Shown here piece after piece: positions 1 to 8,215 of a DNA stretch of 33,209 nt (its first letter is position 1; each line of letters begins with the position of its first letter). Location of the stretch: the NCBI GenBank assembly GCA_013813345.1, contig JACCRW010000066.1:1-33209 (forward strand), read 5' to 3'. A program made the position numbers and the translations under genes. The notes under the pieces were generated by a model. That model was given only the letters and a program-made list of their open reading frames with translations, was not told the DNA's origin and searched no databases. This DNA is from Actinomycetota bacterium. GTDB taxonomy: Bacteria; Actinomycetota; Thermoleophilia; Gaiellales; Gaiellaceae.

Positions 1-796
1 TCGCCGCCGGGGTCTCGCCACCCGCCGCGAACCACTCGCGGTAGCGGTTGTACTGGTAGCGGAGGTGCTCGCCGATCTCAGCCCAGGAACGCTCGGGATC
101 CTCGGTGACGAAGACGGTGGGGTTGAGCGCCACCTGGAAATCGGCGGGATCGTGCCCTGCCTCCGCGAGCGCCTGACGGTAGGTCGCGTAGTGCTCGACC
201 GAGATGTAGGCATCGGGCATGAAGTGACAGCCGAGCCGCCCCGCGCGCTCAGCGGCCTTTGCCGTGCCGCCGCCGAGCCAGAGCGGCGGGCCGCCCGGCT
301 GAAACGGGGTCGGCGTCACCGTGACGGCTTCGAAGCTCCAATGGGCGCCGCGATGGGAGAACGGCTCGCCCGTCCAGGCTCTGCGAGCAACCTCGATCAG
401 CTCCTCCGTGCGCGTCCCCCGCTCCGCTCGCGGCACCCCCAGCACGCGGAACTCGTCGCGCCGATAGCCGAGCCCGAGGCCGAGCTCGAGCCTGCCGCCG
501 CTGAGCTGGTCGACGAGAGCCGCATCCTCGGCGAAGCGGATCGGATGGTGGAGCGGCGCGAGCAGGACGGCCGAGCCGAGCCTGATCGTGGTCGTCCGCA
601 CGGCGAGAGCGGCGAGGAACGGGAAGACAGAAGGCAGATAGCCCTCGTCGGTCACATGATGCTCGGAGACCTGCACCGACTCGAACCCGGCCGCCTCCGC
701 CCAGGCGATCTGGTCGAGGGTCTCGCGGTAGAGCTCCGCGTAGGGCCGCTTCCACCGCGAGGGGTTCCGCAGGTCGTACCAGACGCCGAACCTCAT
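1..796 (-). CDS. LLM-class (luciferase-like) flavin/F420-dependent oxidoreductase; C-terminus lies beyond the left window edge
   Basis: Not in the supplied ORF track because it is open to the edge. Hand translation of the reverse strand from ATG 796..794 gives 265 codons with no stop: MRFGVWYDLRNPSRWKRPYAELYRETLDQIAWAEAAGFESVQVSEHHVTDEGYLPSVFPFLAALAVRTTTIRLGSAVLLAPLHHPIRFAEDAALVDQLSGGRLELGLGLGYRRDEF... This is a typical LLM TIM-barrel pattern. The ATG overlaps the upstream SDR stop (ATGA, 793-796). The + ORF 65..805 is its antisense shadow. Confidence 0.8.
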   Translation of the reverse strand, partial: MRFGVWYDLRNPSRWKRPYAELYRETLDQIAWAEAAGFESVQVSEHHVTDEGYLPSVFPFLAALAVRTTTIRLGSAVLLAPLHHPIRFAEDAALVDQLSGGRLELGLGLGYRRDEFRVLGVPRAERGTRTEELIEVARRAWTGEPFSHRGAHWSFEAVTVTPTPFQPGGPPLWLGGGTAKAAERAGRLGCHFMPDAYISVEHYATYRQALAEAGHDPADFQVALNPTVFVTEDPERSWAEIGEHLRYQYNRYREWFAAGGETPAA

Positions 797-1554
797 CGGA
801 TGTAGCTCGCGCCGTTGACGTCCAGCGTGGCGCCGGTCAGGTGGCGGACGCGGCCGGTGGCGAGGAACGCGACGAGGCCGGCGACGTCCCCCGGCGGCAC
901 CCATTCCCCCATCGCGAGCGTCGCGGTCAGCGCCTCCTCCCCGCCCCGGCTCGCGGCCGCTTGCTCCGACATGCGCGTGCGGACGACGCCCGGCGCCACG
1001 ACATAGGAGAGGACGCCATCGGCGGCGTGGTTCCGGGCGATCGTCTGCGCCAGCGCCTTGACCGCGGACTTCGAGGCGGCATACGCGACGAGATCGGAGT
1101 TGCCGGCGCCGCGTTGCGCCGCCCAGCTAGAGAGCGTGATCAGCGTGCCGCCGCCGCGCTCGCGAAAGTGCCGCACGGCGTCGCGCATCAGCGCGGCCGG
1201 CGCGAGCACGTTGACGCGCAACGTACGCTCCCAGGCCTCGTTCCAGGCAGCATCCTCGACGTCGAGCGGCGTCTCGAGCATGAGCGCGGCGTTCAAGACG
1301 AGGACGTCGACGCGGCCGCGCCAGGCGACGCCCTCGGCCCATAGGCGCGCCGGCGACGTTGGGTCGAGAAGGTCGGCGCCGACGAGTAGCTTCCGCTCGT
1401 CGGGAATCGCCGCCGTCGCAGCGCGGGCGCCCGCCTCGTCGCTGCCGTAGTGAGCGACCACGTCGGCGCCCTGCTCGCCGAGCGCTCGCACGATCGAAGC
1501 TCCGATCCCCTTCGAGGCGCCCGTGACGAGGATCGTCCTTCCTTCCAGACTCAC
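793..1554 (-). CDS. SDR-family oxidoreductase (paralog of 24388..25152)
   Basis: 253 aa. Rossmann motif ILVTGASKGIGASI and catalytic S...YAASK. The GTG start at 1554 overlaps the cupin stop (GTGA), and the stop overlaps the next ATG (ATGA). Confidence 0.9.
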   Translation of the reverse strand: MSLEGRTILVTGASKGIGASIVRALGEQGADVVAHYGSDEAGARAATAAIPDERKLLVGADLLDPTSPARLWAEGVAWRGRVDVLVLNAALMLETPLDVEDAAWNEAWERTLRVNVLAPAALMRDAVRHFRERGGGTLITLSSWAAQRGAGNSDLVAYAASKSAVKALAQTIARNHAADGVLSYVVAPGVVRTRMSEQAAASRGGEEALTATLAMGEWVPPGDVAGLVAFLATGRVRHLTGATLDVNGASYIR

Positions 1555-1898
1555 TCGACTTCCTCGTAGTGGTCGTCGCCCTCGATGTACGCAGGCGCGT
1601 TCAGGACGAGGTAGGCGATCTCGCCCTCGAAAGAGTAGAGCTCGCCGCGCGGGACGATGACGACGTCGCCAGCTTTCGCGACGACCGGTTCGGCAGCCCC
1701 GAGCGTGAAGCGCGCCGAGCCTTCGAGGACGTAATAGACGCGGGTCGAGCGCGGCGTCCAGAGCGGCCGGTGCGCGCCCGAGAGACGCACGTGGGTCAGG
1801 CTCAGTCCCACATTGTCTTCGTAGCGGACGAGCGGCCGCATCACGAGATCATCCTCGGGCCCCTCCACCTCGGGTCGCTCTTGAGCGCGGATCAGCAT
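1551..1898 (-). CDS. Cupin-domain protein
   Basis: 115 aa. Small beta-barrel pattern (THVRLSGAHRPLWTPRSTRVYYVLEGSARF...GDVVIVPRGELYSFEG). ATGA overlap with the upstream SDR stop at 1898 and GTGA overlap downstream. Confidence 0.75.
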   Translation of the reverse strand: MLIRAQERPEVEGPEDDLVMRPLVRYEDNVGLSLTHVRLSGAHRPLWTPRSTRVYYVLEGSARFTLGAAEPVVAKAGDVVIVPRGELYSFEGEIAYLVLNAPAYIEGDDHYEEVE

Positions 1899-2644
1899 CA
1901 GAGAACGCCCGCGTCGACGGGGAGGAGCGCGCCCGTAATCCCCGCGGAGAGATCGCTCGCGAGGAAGAGCGCTGCGCGCGCGACGTCTTCCTCGGTCGCC
2001 ATCCGACCGAGCGCGGTTCCGGCAGCCGCCTCGGCGATCGCCTGCTCCACGGGAAGTCCCCCGTCGGCCGCGCGCCGCTCAAACCGGGCGCGGAGCGCGT
2101 CCGTCAGGATCGGCCCCGGCGCGAGCCCGTTGACGCGGATGCCGTGACGCCCCGCGTCGAGCGCGGCCGTCCGGACGAGGCCGAGGACGGCGTGCTTCGA
2201 GGCCGTGTAGACGGGCTGACTGCGGTGGGCGCGCCAGGCGTTCAATGACGCCATGACGACGATCGAGCCGCCGCCGCCGCGGAGGGCGGCGATTCCGTGC
2301 TTGAGAGTCGCCGCGACCCCACGCACGTTGACCGCGAACACCGCGTCGAGCTGCGCGAGGTCGAGCTCGGCCGTCTCGCTCCAGGGCGGCACGACGCCTG
2401 CGTTCGCGACGACGATGTCGAGCCGGCCGAAGCGCTCGACAGTCTCGCGAAACGCGGCTGCGACCGTCTCCTCGGCGCTCACGTCTGCTGTCAACGCCGC
2501 CCAGCCGGTGGGCGCGCCGGGCTCGAGATCGACCACCGAGCCGGTCGCTCCCTTTGCCGCGAGCTCCTGCGCGATCGCCGCTCCGAGCCCGCGGGAGCCG
2601 CCGGTGACGAGCGCAACCCGCCCCTCCAACAGGCCGGAGGACAC
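1898..2644 (-). CDS. SDR-family oxidoreductase
   Basis: Only the C-terminal 248 codons of the 791-aa track ORF look like a protein family (VALVTGGSRGLGAAIA, NAGV, YTASK). GTG 2644..2642 shares its G with the TAG stop of the gcvPB-like gene (TAGTG). Confidence 0.88.
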   Translation of the reverse strand: MSSGLLEGRVALVTGGSRGLGAAIAQELAAKGATGSVVDLEPGAPTGWAALTADVSAEETVAAAFRETVERFGRLDIVVANAGVVPPWSETAELDLAQLDAVFAVNVRGVAATLKHGIAALRGGGGSIVVMASLNAWRAHRSQPVYTASKHAVLGLVRTAALDAGRHGIRVNGLAPGPILTDALRARFERRAADGGLPVEQAIAEAAAGTALGRMATEEDVARAALFLASDLSAGITGALLPVDAGVL

Positions 2645-4227
2645 TACGTCGCGACCTTGGCCCAGTCCTCGGTGGCGTCGCCGTCGCCCTCGACCGGCAC
2701 AGGCCGCTTGCGCTTGTACGCGCGCCACGTCGTGGCCCAGGTGGACGGATCGTCGAGATTGCGCCCGTCGAGCTGGCGGATCGCCTGGTTGTGCGGCGCC
2801 GTGCGGACGAGCTCGGGGTCGGAGTACGCCTCCTCGACGACGTGCGCGAGGACGTCGATCCACTCGTCCACGTCCTCCTTCGACCACATCTCGCCCGCCT
2901 CGGGCGTGAAGGGCTGCGGCACGAGCCACGGCTCGTGGCTGAGCCAGAACGCGTCGATCCCGAAGTCGACCATTCGGTTCTGCACGTCCACGACCGTGAT
3001 CCCCGTGTCCTCCTCGAGTTGCCCAAGGCTGTAGCGCGTCATCTCGAGCCGCGGCGCGGTCAGATGCGGTTGCGACTTCGTGACGCCGCGGATCTCGAGC
3101 AGCCGCTTCTCCATGTAGTTGTTCAGGAGGACGGAGATGTCCGAAGCCTCGTCGATCCCCGCGGCGCCCATCGCGCGACTCCACGTGTAGGCATAGACGA
3201 GCTGCGGCACGTTGCCGAAGAACTCGCGCACCTTGCCGATGCTGTCCGGCCGGTCGCGGTCGAGGCGATAGCCGCCTCCCTCCCGGGCAACGACCGGCGA
3301 GGGGAGGAAGCGCGCGAGCTCGGCGGTGCAGCCATACGCGCCGACGGCCGGCCCGCCGCCCGCCTTCGGCGCTCCGAAGGTCTTGTGGAGCATGTACATG
3401 CACGCATCGAAGCCGAGGTCGCGGGCCTTCAGCTTCCCCATCACCCCGTTGAAGTTCGCGTGGTCGTAGAAGCAGAGCCCGCCGGCGTCGTGGACGACCT
3501 CGACCCACCGGTCGATCTCGGGGTTGTAGATCCCCATGTCGTCCGGGTTCCCGACCATCAGCGCCGCCGTGCGCTCCGAGACGGCGGCCTCGAGCGCCTC
3601 GAGCGAGGGATAGCCGTTCTCCTCGAGCGGGAGCGTCACGATCTTGAAGCCCGCGGCCGCGGCCGTCGCCGGGTTGCACGGATGCGCCTGGATCGTCGTC
3701 ACGATCTCGTCGCGCTGCGCGAGCTCGCCCCGCGAGGCGTGGTAGGCGCGCGTGAGCACCGCGTTCGTGTACGCGGCGTGGGCACCGCCTCCCGGCTGGA
3801 AGACGAACTGATCCATGCCCGAGAGCGCGCGCAGGATCAGGTCGAGCCCGTGCACGAGCTCGAGCACGCCCTGCAGCGTCTCGTCGTCCTGGTCGGGGTG
3901 CAGCTCCGCGACCTCCGGCCGCGCCACGAGCTCCCACGCGAGCCGCGGGTTGTACTTCATCGTGCAGGTACCGAAGAGGCTGATCCCCATCATCCCGAGC
4001 GTCTCCTGGGAGAGGTGGAGGTAATGACGGAGAACCTCCGGCTCCGAGAGCTCGGGCAGCTCCGGCGGCTCGGTTCGGCGCAGTCCGGCCGGGACGAGCT
4101 CGGCCGGGTCGCCGACCGCGTCGCGCACCTCCGGCTCGACCTCGTCGAAGACGATGCCGCGACGCCCGGGCCGACCCATTTCCATGACCAGCGGCTCGTC
4201 CCAGACGGCTGCGTGGTACCGCCTCAT
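2644..4227 (-). CDS. gcvPB: Glycine dehydrogenase (aminomethyl-transferring) subunit 2-like PLP enzyme (divergent GcvPB)
   Basis: 527 aa. Collinear with two-subunit P-protein beta subunits (LPELSEPEVLRHY..., GTCTMKYNP, LHKTF PLP-lysine motif with K282 at 3384..3382). The ATG overlaps the gcvPA stop (ATGA, 4224-4227). Confidence 0.85.
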   Translation of the reverse strand: MRRYHAAVWDEPLVMEMGRPGRRGIVFDEVEPEVRDAVGDPAELVPAGLRRTEPPELPELSEPEVLRHYLHLSQETLGMMGISLFGTCTMKYNPRLAWELVARPEVAELHPDQDDETLQGVLELVHGLDLILRALSGMDQFVFQPGGGAHAAYTNAVLTRAYHASRGELAQRDEIVTTIQAHPCNPATAAAAGFKIVTLPLEENGYPSLEALEAAVSERTAALMVGNPDDMGIYNPEIDRWVEVVHDAGGLCFYDHANFNGVMGKLKARDLGFDACMYMLHKTFGAPKAGGGPAVGAYGCTAELARFLPSPVVAREGGGYRLDRDRPDSIGKVREFFGNVPQLVYAYTWSRAMGAAGIDEASDISVLLNNYMEKRLLEIRGVTKSQPHLTAPRLEMTRYSLGQLEEDTGITVVDVQNRMVDFGIDAFWLSHEPWLVPQPFTPEAGEMWSKEDVDEWIDVLAHVVEEAYSDPELVRTAPHNQAIRQLDGRNLDDPSTWATTWRAYKRKRPVPVEGDGDATEDWAKVAT

Positions 4228-5615
4228 GCAAGCACATCCGAGACCACGCCGACGAGCCGGTCGATGTCCTCACGCGTGTGCACCTCGGTGACGCAATAGA
4301 GAGCGCTCTGTCCGAGCTCCGGGAAGTCGCGCGAGAGATCGCTCCCCCCGAAGATCCCTTGCTCGCGCAGACCGGCGTTCACGTCCGCCACGGTCGCGCC
4401 CGCGTCGTCGAAGCAGACGACGAGCTCCTTGAAGAAGCCGTCCGGGAAGAGGACGCGGACGCCGTCGAGCTCCGCCAGCCGCCGGGCCGCGTAATGACTT
4501 CGCCCGACGATCAGACGGCCGACTTCCGCGAATCCCTCCGGCCCCAGCAGCGCCATGTACGCGGCGTTCGCGACAGCGTGGAGGTAGACCGAGTTGCCGG
4601 TCCAGTCGTTCCCCTCCTCGCGCAGCCCGTACGAGGTCTGGTGGAAGAGCGCGATCCCGAAGCCGTGCTCCCCGGCGACGGTCTCGGCGATGCTCAGGTT
4701 GAGCGTCGGATACTCGTGCGCGTAGCGCTCCTCGTCGCGCGTCGCGATGAAGCCGCCCGCGCCACCCCCGCAGGACATGTGGACGCCGAGCGGCTGGACG
4801 GAGCCGACGACGATGTCGGCGCCGTACTCGGAAGGTGGCGCGACGATCCCGAGCGAGATCGGGTCGACGCCGACGATCGTCTCTGCCCCGGCCGCGCGCG
4901 CGAGCGCTGCGATCTCTGCGGCGGTCGTCTCGAACATGCCGAGGTAGCCGGGGTTCTCGAAGAGCACCGCCGCGGTTCGCGACGAGAGCTTCGCTCGCAG
5001 GTCGTCGAGGTCGAGCCCTCCCGTGACGGCGTCGTGCTCCACCAGCTCGACCTCGATGTGGCCGGGAAGCTCGGCGGCGCCGCAGTAGGTTCGGATCACG
5101 GCGAGCCGCTCCTGCCCGATCCGGCGTGGGACGAGCACATGGGAGCGCTCGGTCAGGCGGGCGGCCATCCTGATCGCGTGCCCCTCGGCACAGCCCCAGC
5201 TGTAGACCGGCAGGCCGACGAATTCCATCCCCACGAGCTCCCCGAGCTGGCTCGCGAACTCGAACCACGCCTGGTTGCGGCCGTGGTCGGACGACGGTGT
5301 CCCCCACACCGGCGTCAGGAACTCGCTCCGGCGCGCAATCTCGTCCACGATCGCCGGCACGTGGTGCTGCCAGATCCCGCCGCCGAGGAAGCTGAGGTTG
5401 CGCTCACACGTCTCGTTGCGGCCGAGCAGGTCGAGCAGGTGCCGCCGCAACGCGGGCTCGGAGGTCAGCGCGGGCGGCAGGTCGAGCTCACCCTGGAGGC
5501 GGTGCTCCGGTGGGATCTGGACGAAGAGCGACTCGACATCGGGGGCGCCGATCGCGTCCAGAAGCTCGCGATGCTGCTCCTCGGTCGAGTTCGGCATGTA
5601 CGGATGCGCCTTCAT
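4224..5615 (-). CDS. gcvPA: Glycine dehydrogenase (aminomethyl-transferring) subunit 1-like (GcvPA)
   Basis: 463 aa. N-terminal YMPNSTEEQHRELLDAIG..., FLGGGIWQHHVPAIVDEI and TSYGLREEG are typical of P-protein alpha subunits. ATGA overlap with the upstream gene at 5612-5615. Confidence 0.88.
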   Translation of the reverse strand: MKAHPYMPNSTEEQHRELLDAIGAPDVESLFVQIPPEHRLQGELDLPPALTSEPALRRHLLDLLGRNETCERNLSFLGGGIWQHHVPAIVDEIARRSEFLTPVWGTPSSDHGRNQAWFEFASQLGELVGMEFVGLPVYSWGCAEGHAIRMAARLTERSHVLVPRRIGQERLAVIRTYCGAAELPGHIEVELVEHDAVTGGLDLDDLRAKLSSRTAAVLFENPGYLGMFETTAAEIAALARAAGAETIVGVDPISLGIVAPPSEYGADIVVGSVQPLGVHMSCGGGAGGFIATRDEERYAHEYPTLNLSIAETVAGEHGFGIALFHQTSYGLREEGNDWTGNSVYLHAVANAAYMALLGPEGFAEVGRLIVGRSHYAARRLAELDGVRVLFPDGFFKELVVCFDDAGATVADVNAGLREQGIFGGSDLSRDFPELGQSALYCVTEVHTREDIDRLVGVVSDVLA

Positions 5616-6739
5616 GCGGCCACCTTGAAGACGACGTCGCGGCGGGGCGCCACGTGGACGCGGCGGTAACCCGTGAGCTCAGAGTCCAACTCAGGATCGC
5701 CGGTGTCGACGCGCAGCCACGGCGGGTCGAGGCCGAGGAGCTTCCCGAGCCCCGCGACCACCTCGACATTCTCGAGCCCGATCCTGCGGAGGACGGTCGG
5801 GCTCAGCTGCTGGTTGCCGCGCCCGAGCAGCGCTCCCTGGCCGCCGACAACGCCGACGACGAGCGTCGCCGCCTGGCCATCGATCAGCTCGAGCAGCTCC
5901 CGCTCGCCGAGGTCGGCGCCGACGAGCCGGCCGCCGTGGACTGCGTCGATGCCGAGCAGCGTCTTCGGCAGGCCAAGGTGCGCCAGGACGCGCCGCGTGG
6001 TCGTCCCCGGCCCGAGCACGTAGACGCGACGCGGATCCATCTCGCCCGCAAGCGAACGGCAGACAGCGTCCAGCGCCGCCTCGTCCGTCGGCCCGGAGCG
6101 CGCCTTTGCGGCTTGCATGCGGAGCCGATCCTCGGGAACCAGGGCGGCGCCGTAGAGCCGCGTCTCGATCCGGCCCTCGCGGGCGGCGTCCTCGTCGACA
6201 TCGACGACCTCCGCCTCGCGGAGTGGCGCGCTCGCGCCGGCGAGGACGAACGCCGCAGCGACCTCGCCGGCGTTCTCGGGGCTCGTCGCGAAGACGGCGG
6301 AGTGCATCTTGACGCCGGTCGGAATCCCCAGGATGGGAAGGCGGTCGCAGACGACCTCATAGATGTCGCGAGCCGTGCCGTCGCCGCCAGCGAAGAAGAT
6401 CAGCTCGACCTCGCGCCGCGCGAGCTCGGCTGCGGCGGCCCGCGTGTCGGCCGCAGTCGTCGATCCATCCCCGCCGGGAAGCACGTCGATCGAGAACCCG
6501 CGGCCGAGCGCAAGATCGCCGCCCATCTCGCCAGCCGCAGCGACGAGCTCGAAGCGGACTTTGTGTTGCTGCGACACAAGGTCGCGCTCCAGCCGTACGA
6601 GCGCGCGCTCGGCTCGGTCGGCGGCAACCGGGGTCGCCCCCAGCTCGCGCGCGCGCTCGACCACACCGTCGGTTCCCTTCAGCCCGACCCGCCCTCCCAT
6701 GCCGGCGATCGGGTTGACGATCAGGCCGATGCGGATCAC
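5612..6739 (-). CDS. ATP-NAD kinase family protein (AcoX-like)
   Basis: 375 aa, the C-terminal part of the 780-aa track ORF. IGLIVNPIAGMGG and the GGDGT motif (FFAGGDGTARDI) are present. GTG 6739..6737 overlaps the aminotransferase TGA (GTGA). Confidence 0.75.
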   Translation of the reverse strand: MIRIGLIVNPIAGMGGRVGLKGTDGVVERARELGATPVAADRAERALVRLERDLVSQQHKVRFELVAAAGEMGGDLALGRGFSIDVLPGGDGSTTAADTRAAAAELARREVELIFFAGGDGTARDIYEVVCDRLPILGIPTGVKMHSAVFATSPENAGEVAAAFVLAGASAPLREAEVVDVDEDAAREGRIETRLYGAALVPEDRLRMQAAKARSGPTDEAALDAVCRSLAGEMDPRRVYVLGPGTTTRRVLAHLGLPKTLLGIDAVHGGRLVGADLGERELLELIDGQAATLVVGVVGGQGALLGRGNQQLSPTVLRRIGLENVEVVAGLGKLLGLDPPWLRVDTGDPELDSELTGYRRVHVAPRRDVVFKVAA

Positions 6740-8145
6740 AACGCACCCTCGCTGCGCAGCTCGGCCGCCACCTCGTCGACGGCGCGCCGGACCGTCGTCA
6801 CGAGCTCGTCGAGCTCGTCCTCGGAGATCACGAACGGCGGCGCGAAGGAGATCGCGTCCGAGGCCGGGAGCGCGCGCGTGATCACGCCGAGCTCGAGGCA
6901 GCGGCGCGTGACGCGCGCCGCGACCTTCCCCAGCGGGTCGAAGCGCCGCGGCGGATCCTTCGCAGCCACGAACTCGAGTGCGCCGATCAGAGCCTGGCCG
7001 CGCACCTCCCCGACGAGCGGATGATCGGCGAGCTCGGCCCTCAGCCGCTCGTGCATGAACGCGCCGCGACTCGCCGCCTGAGCGACGAGCCCCTCGTTCT
7101 CGATCAGGTCGAGATTCGTCATCGCGACCGCGGCCGCGAGCGGATGGGAGCTGTAGGTGTAGCCGTGCCCGAACGGCCCGGATTCGGCCCCGGCCTCGAC
7201 GAGGACGCGCCAGACGCGCTCCGAGACGATGCAGGCCGAGAGCGGCACATACCCGGAGGTAAGGCCCTTCGCGACCGTGATCAGATCGGGCTCGATCCCG
7301 AAGACGTCGCTCCCGAACCACTCGCCGAGCCGCCCGAAGCCCGTGATCACCTCGTCGGCGATCAGGAGCACGTCGTGCCGGCGGAGCACGGCCTGGATCT
7401 TTCCGAAGTAGCCGGCGGGCGGGACGAGCACGCCGCCCGCGCCCTGGATCGGCTCGGCGATGAACGCGGCGACCGTGTCCGGGCCTTCGGCGAGGATCAG
7501 CGCCTCGAGGTCGTCGGCGAGCTTCTGGGCGAAGTCCTCGTCGCTCTGGCCGGGCTCCGCCTCCCAGAGCCGGTGCGGCGCCGTCGTGTGCCGGATCATC
7601 GGCAGCGGCAGGTCGAAGTTCGCGTGCACGCCCGGCAGCCCGGTCAGCCCGCCGGCCATCACCGTGACCCCGTGGTAGCCGCGCTGGCGCGCGACGATCT
7701 TCTTCTTCTCGGGCCGGCCGAGGACGTTGTTGTAGTACCAGACGATCTTCACCTGGGTGTCGTTCGCATCCGACCCGGTGCAGCCGTAGAAGACCTTTGA
7801 CATCCCGGCGGGCGCCAGCGAGATCAGCCGCTCGGCGAGGAGAGCCGGCGTGTCTGTGCCCATCGAGGAAAAGGAGTGGTAGTAGCCGAGCCGCTCGGCG
7901 TGGATCTTCAGCGTCTCGGCGATCTCCGGCCGGCCATAGCCGACGTTCACGCACCAGAGCCCGGCCATCCCGTCGATGTAGCTGCGCCCGTGGATATCGG
8001 TGAGGCGGGCGCCGCTGCCCTCGACGATCAGGCTCGGCGAGCCGGCTCGCTCGTGCTGGTCGAGCTGAGTGAAGGGGTGGAAGACGAAGCGGCGGTCGGC
8101 CTCCTCGACGTTCGCGGCATCGACGCGCTTGGGCTCGACGGCTAT
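6736..8145 (-). CDS. Class-III (omega) aminotransferase; start codon non-canonical or uncertain
   Basis: The track ORF begins at ATG 7968 (MAGLWCVNVGYG...). The frame is open from 8220, and residues IAVEPKRVDAANVEEADRRFVFHPFTQLDQHERAGSPSLIVEGSGARLTDIHGRSYIDG upstream of that Met belong to the conserved fold. PLP-lysine context DLITVAKGLTSGY. SD AAGGAGA at 8157..8151 sits 5 nt before ATA 8145..8143. Confidence 0.82.
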   Translation of the reverse strand: MAVEPKRVDAANVEEADRRFVFHPFTQLDQHERAGSPSLIVEGSGARLTDIHGRSYIDGMAGLWCVNVGYGRPEIAETLKIHAERLGYYHSFSSMGTDTPALLAERLISLAPAGMSKVFYGCTGSDANDTQVKIVWYYNNVLGRPEKKKIVARQRGYHGVTVMAGGLTGLPGVHANFDLPLPMIRHTTAPHRLWEAEPGQSDEDFAQKLADDLEALILAEGPDTVAAFIAEPIQGAGGVLVPPAGYFGKIQAVLRRHDVLLIADEVITGFGRLGEWFGSDVFGIEPDLITVAKGLTSGYVPLSACIVSERVWRVLVEAGAESGPFGHGYTYSSHPLAAAVAMTNLDLIENEGLVAQAASRGAFMHERLRAELADHPLVGEVRGQALIGALEFVAAKDPPRRFDPLGKVAARVTRRCLELGVITRALPASDAISFAPPFVISEDELDELVTTVRRAVDEVAAELRSEGAL

Positions 8146-8150
8146 GACGG

Positions 8151-8157
8151 TCTCCTT
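8151..8157 (-). promoter_or_regulatory. Shine-Dalgarno (AAGGAGA) for the aminotransferase
   Basis: Reverse strand reads cgAAAGGAGAccgtcATAgccgtcgag. It lies in the 70-nt gap after the ABC ATPase stop (8216). Confidence 0.55.
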
Positions 8158-8215
8158 TCGCGGCTGCGCTGACGAACTCCCTGATTCTGCACGCGGCTGG
8201 AGAGGCGGCGGCGCA

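Noticed and set aside
65-805. 246-aa + ORF, and the 168-aa minus ORF 249..755, at the left edge
   Set aside because: Both overlap the edge-truncated LLM gene (1..796, minus), whose translation has clear family signatures. These two have none.
1898-4273. 791-aa minus-strand ORF
   Set aside because: Only its last 248 codons (1898..2644) are SDR-like. The rest is an out-of-frame read through the gcvPB-like gene, rich in Arg/Ala/Gly/Pro.
5616-5700. Possible glycine riboswitch upstream of gcvPA
   Set aside because: The gcvPA ATG overlaps the stop of the preceding gene (ATGA, 5612-5615). There is no non-coding leader in which a riboswitch could sit.
5612-7954. 780-aa minus-strand ORF
   Set aside because: Only its C-terminal 375 codons (5612..6739) form the AcoX-like protein. 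The upstream part is an alternative frame of the aminotransferase gene.
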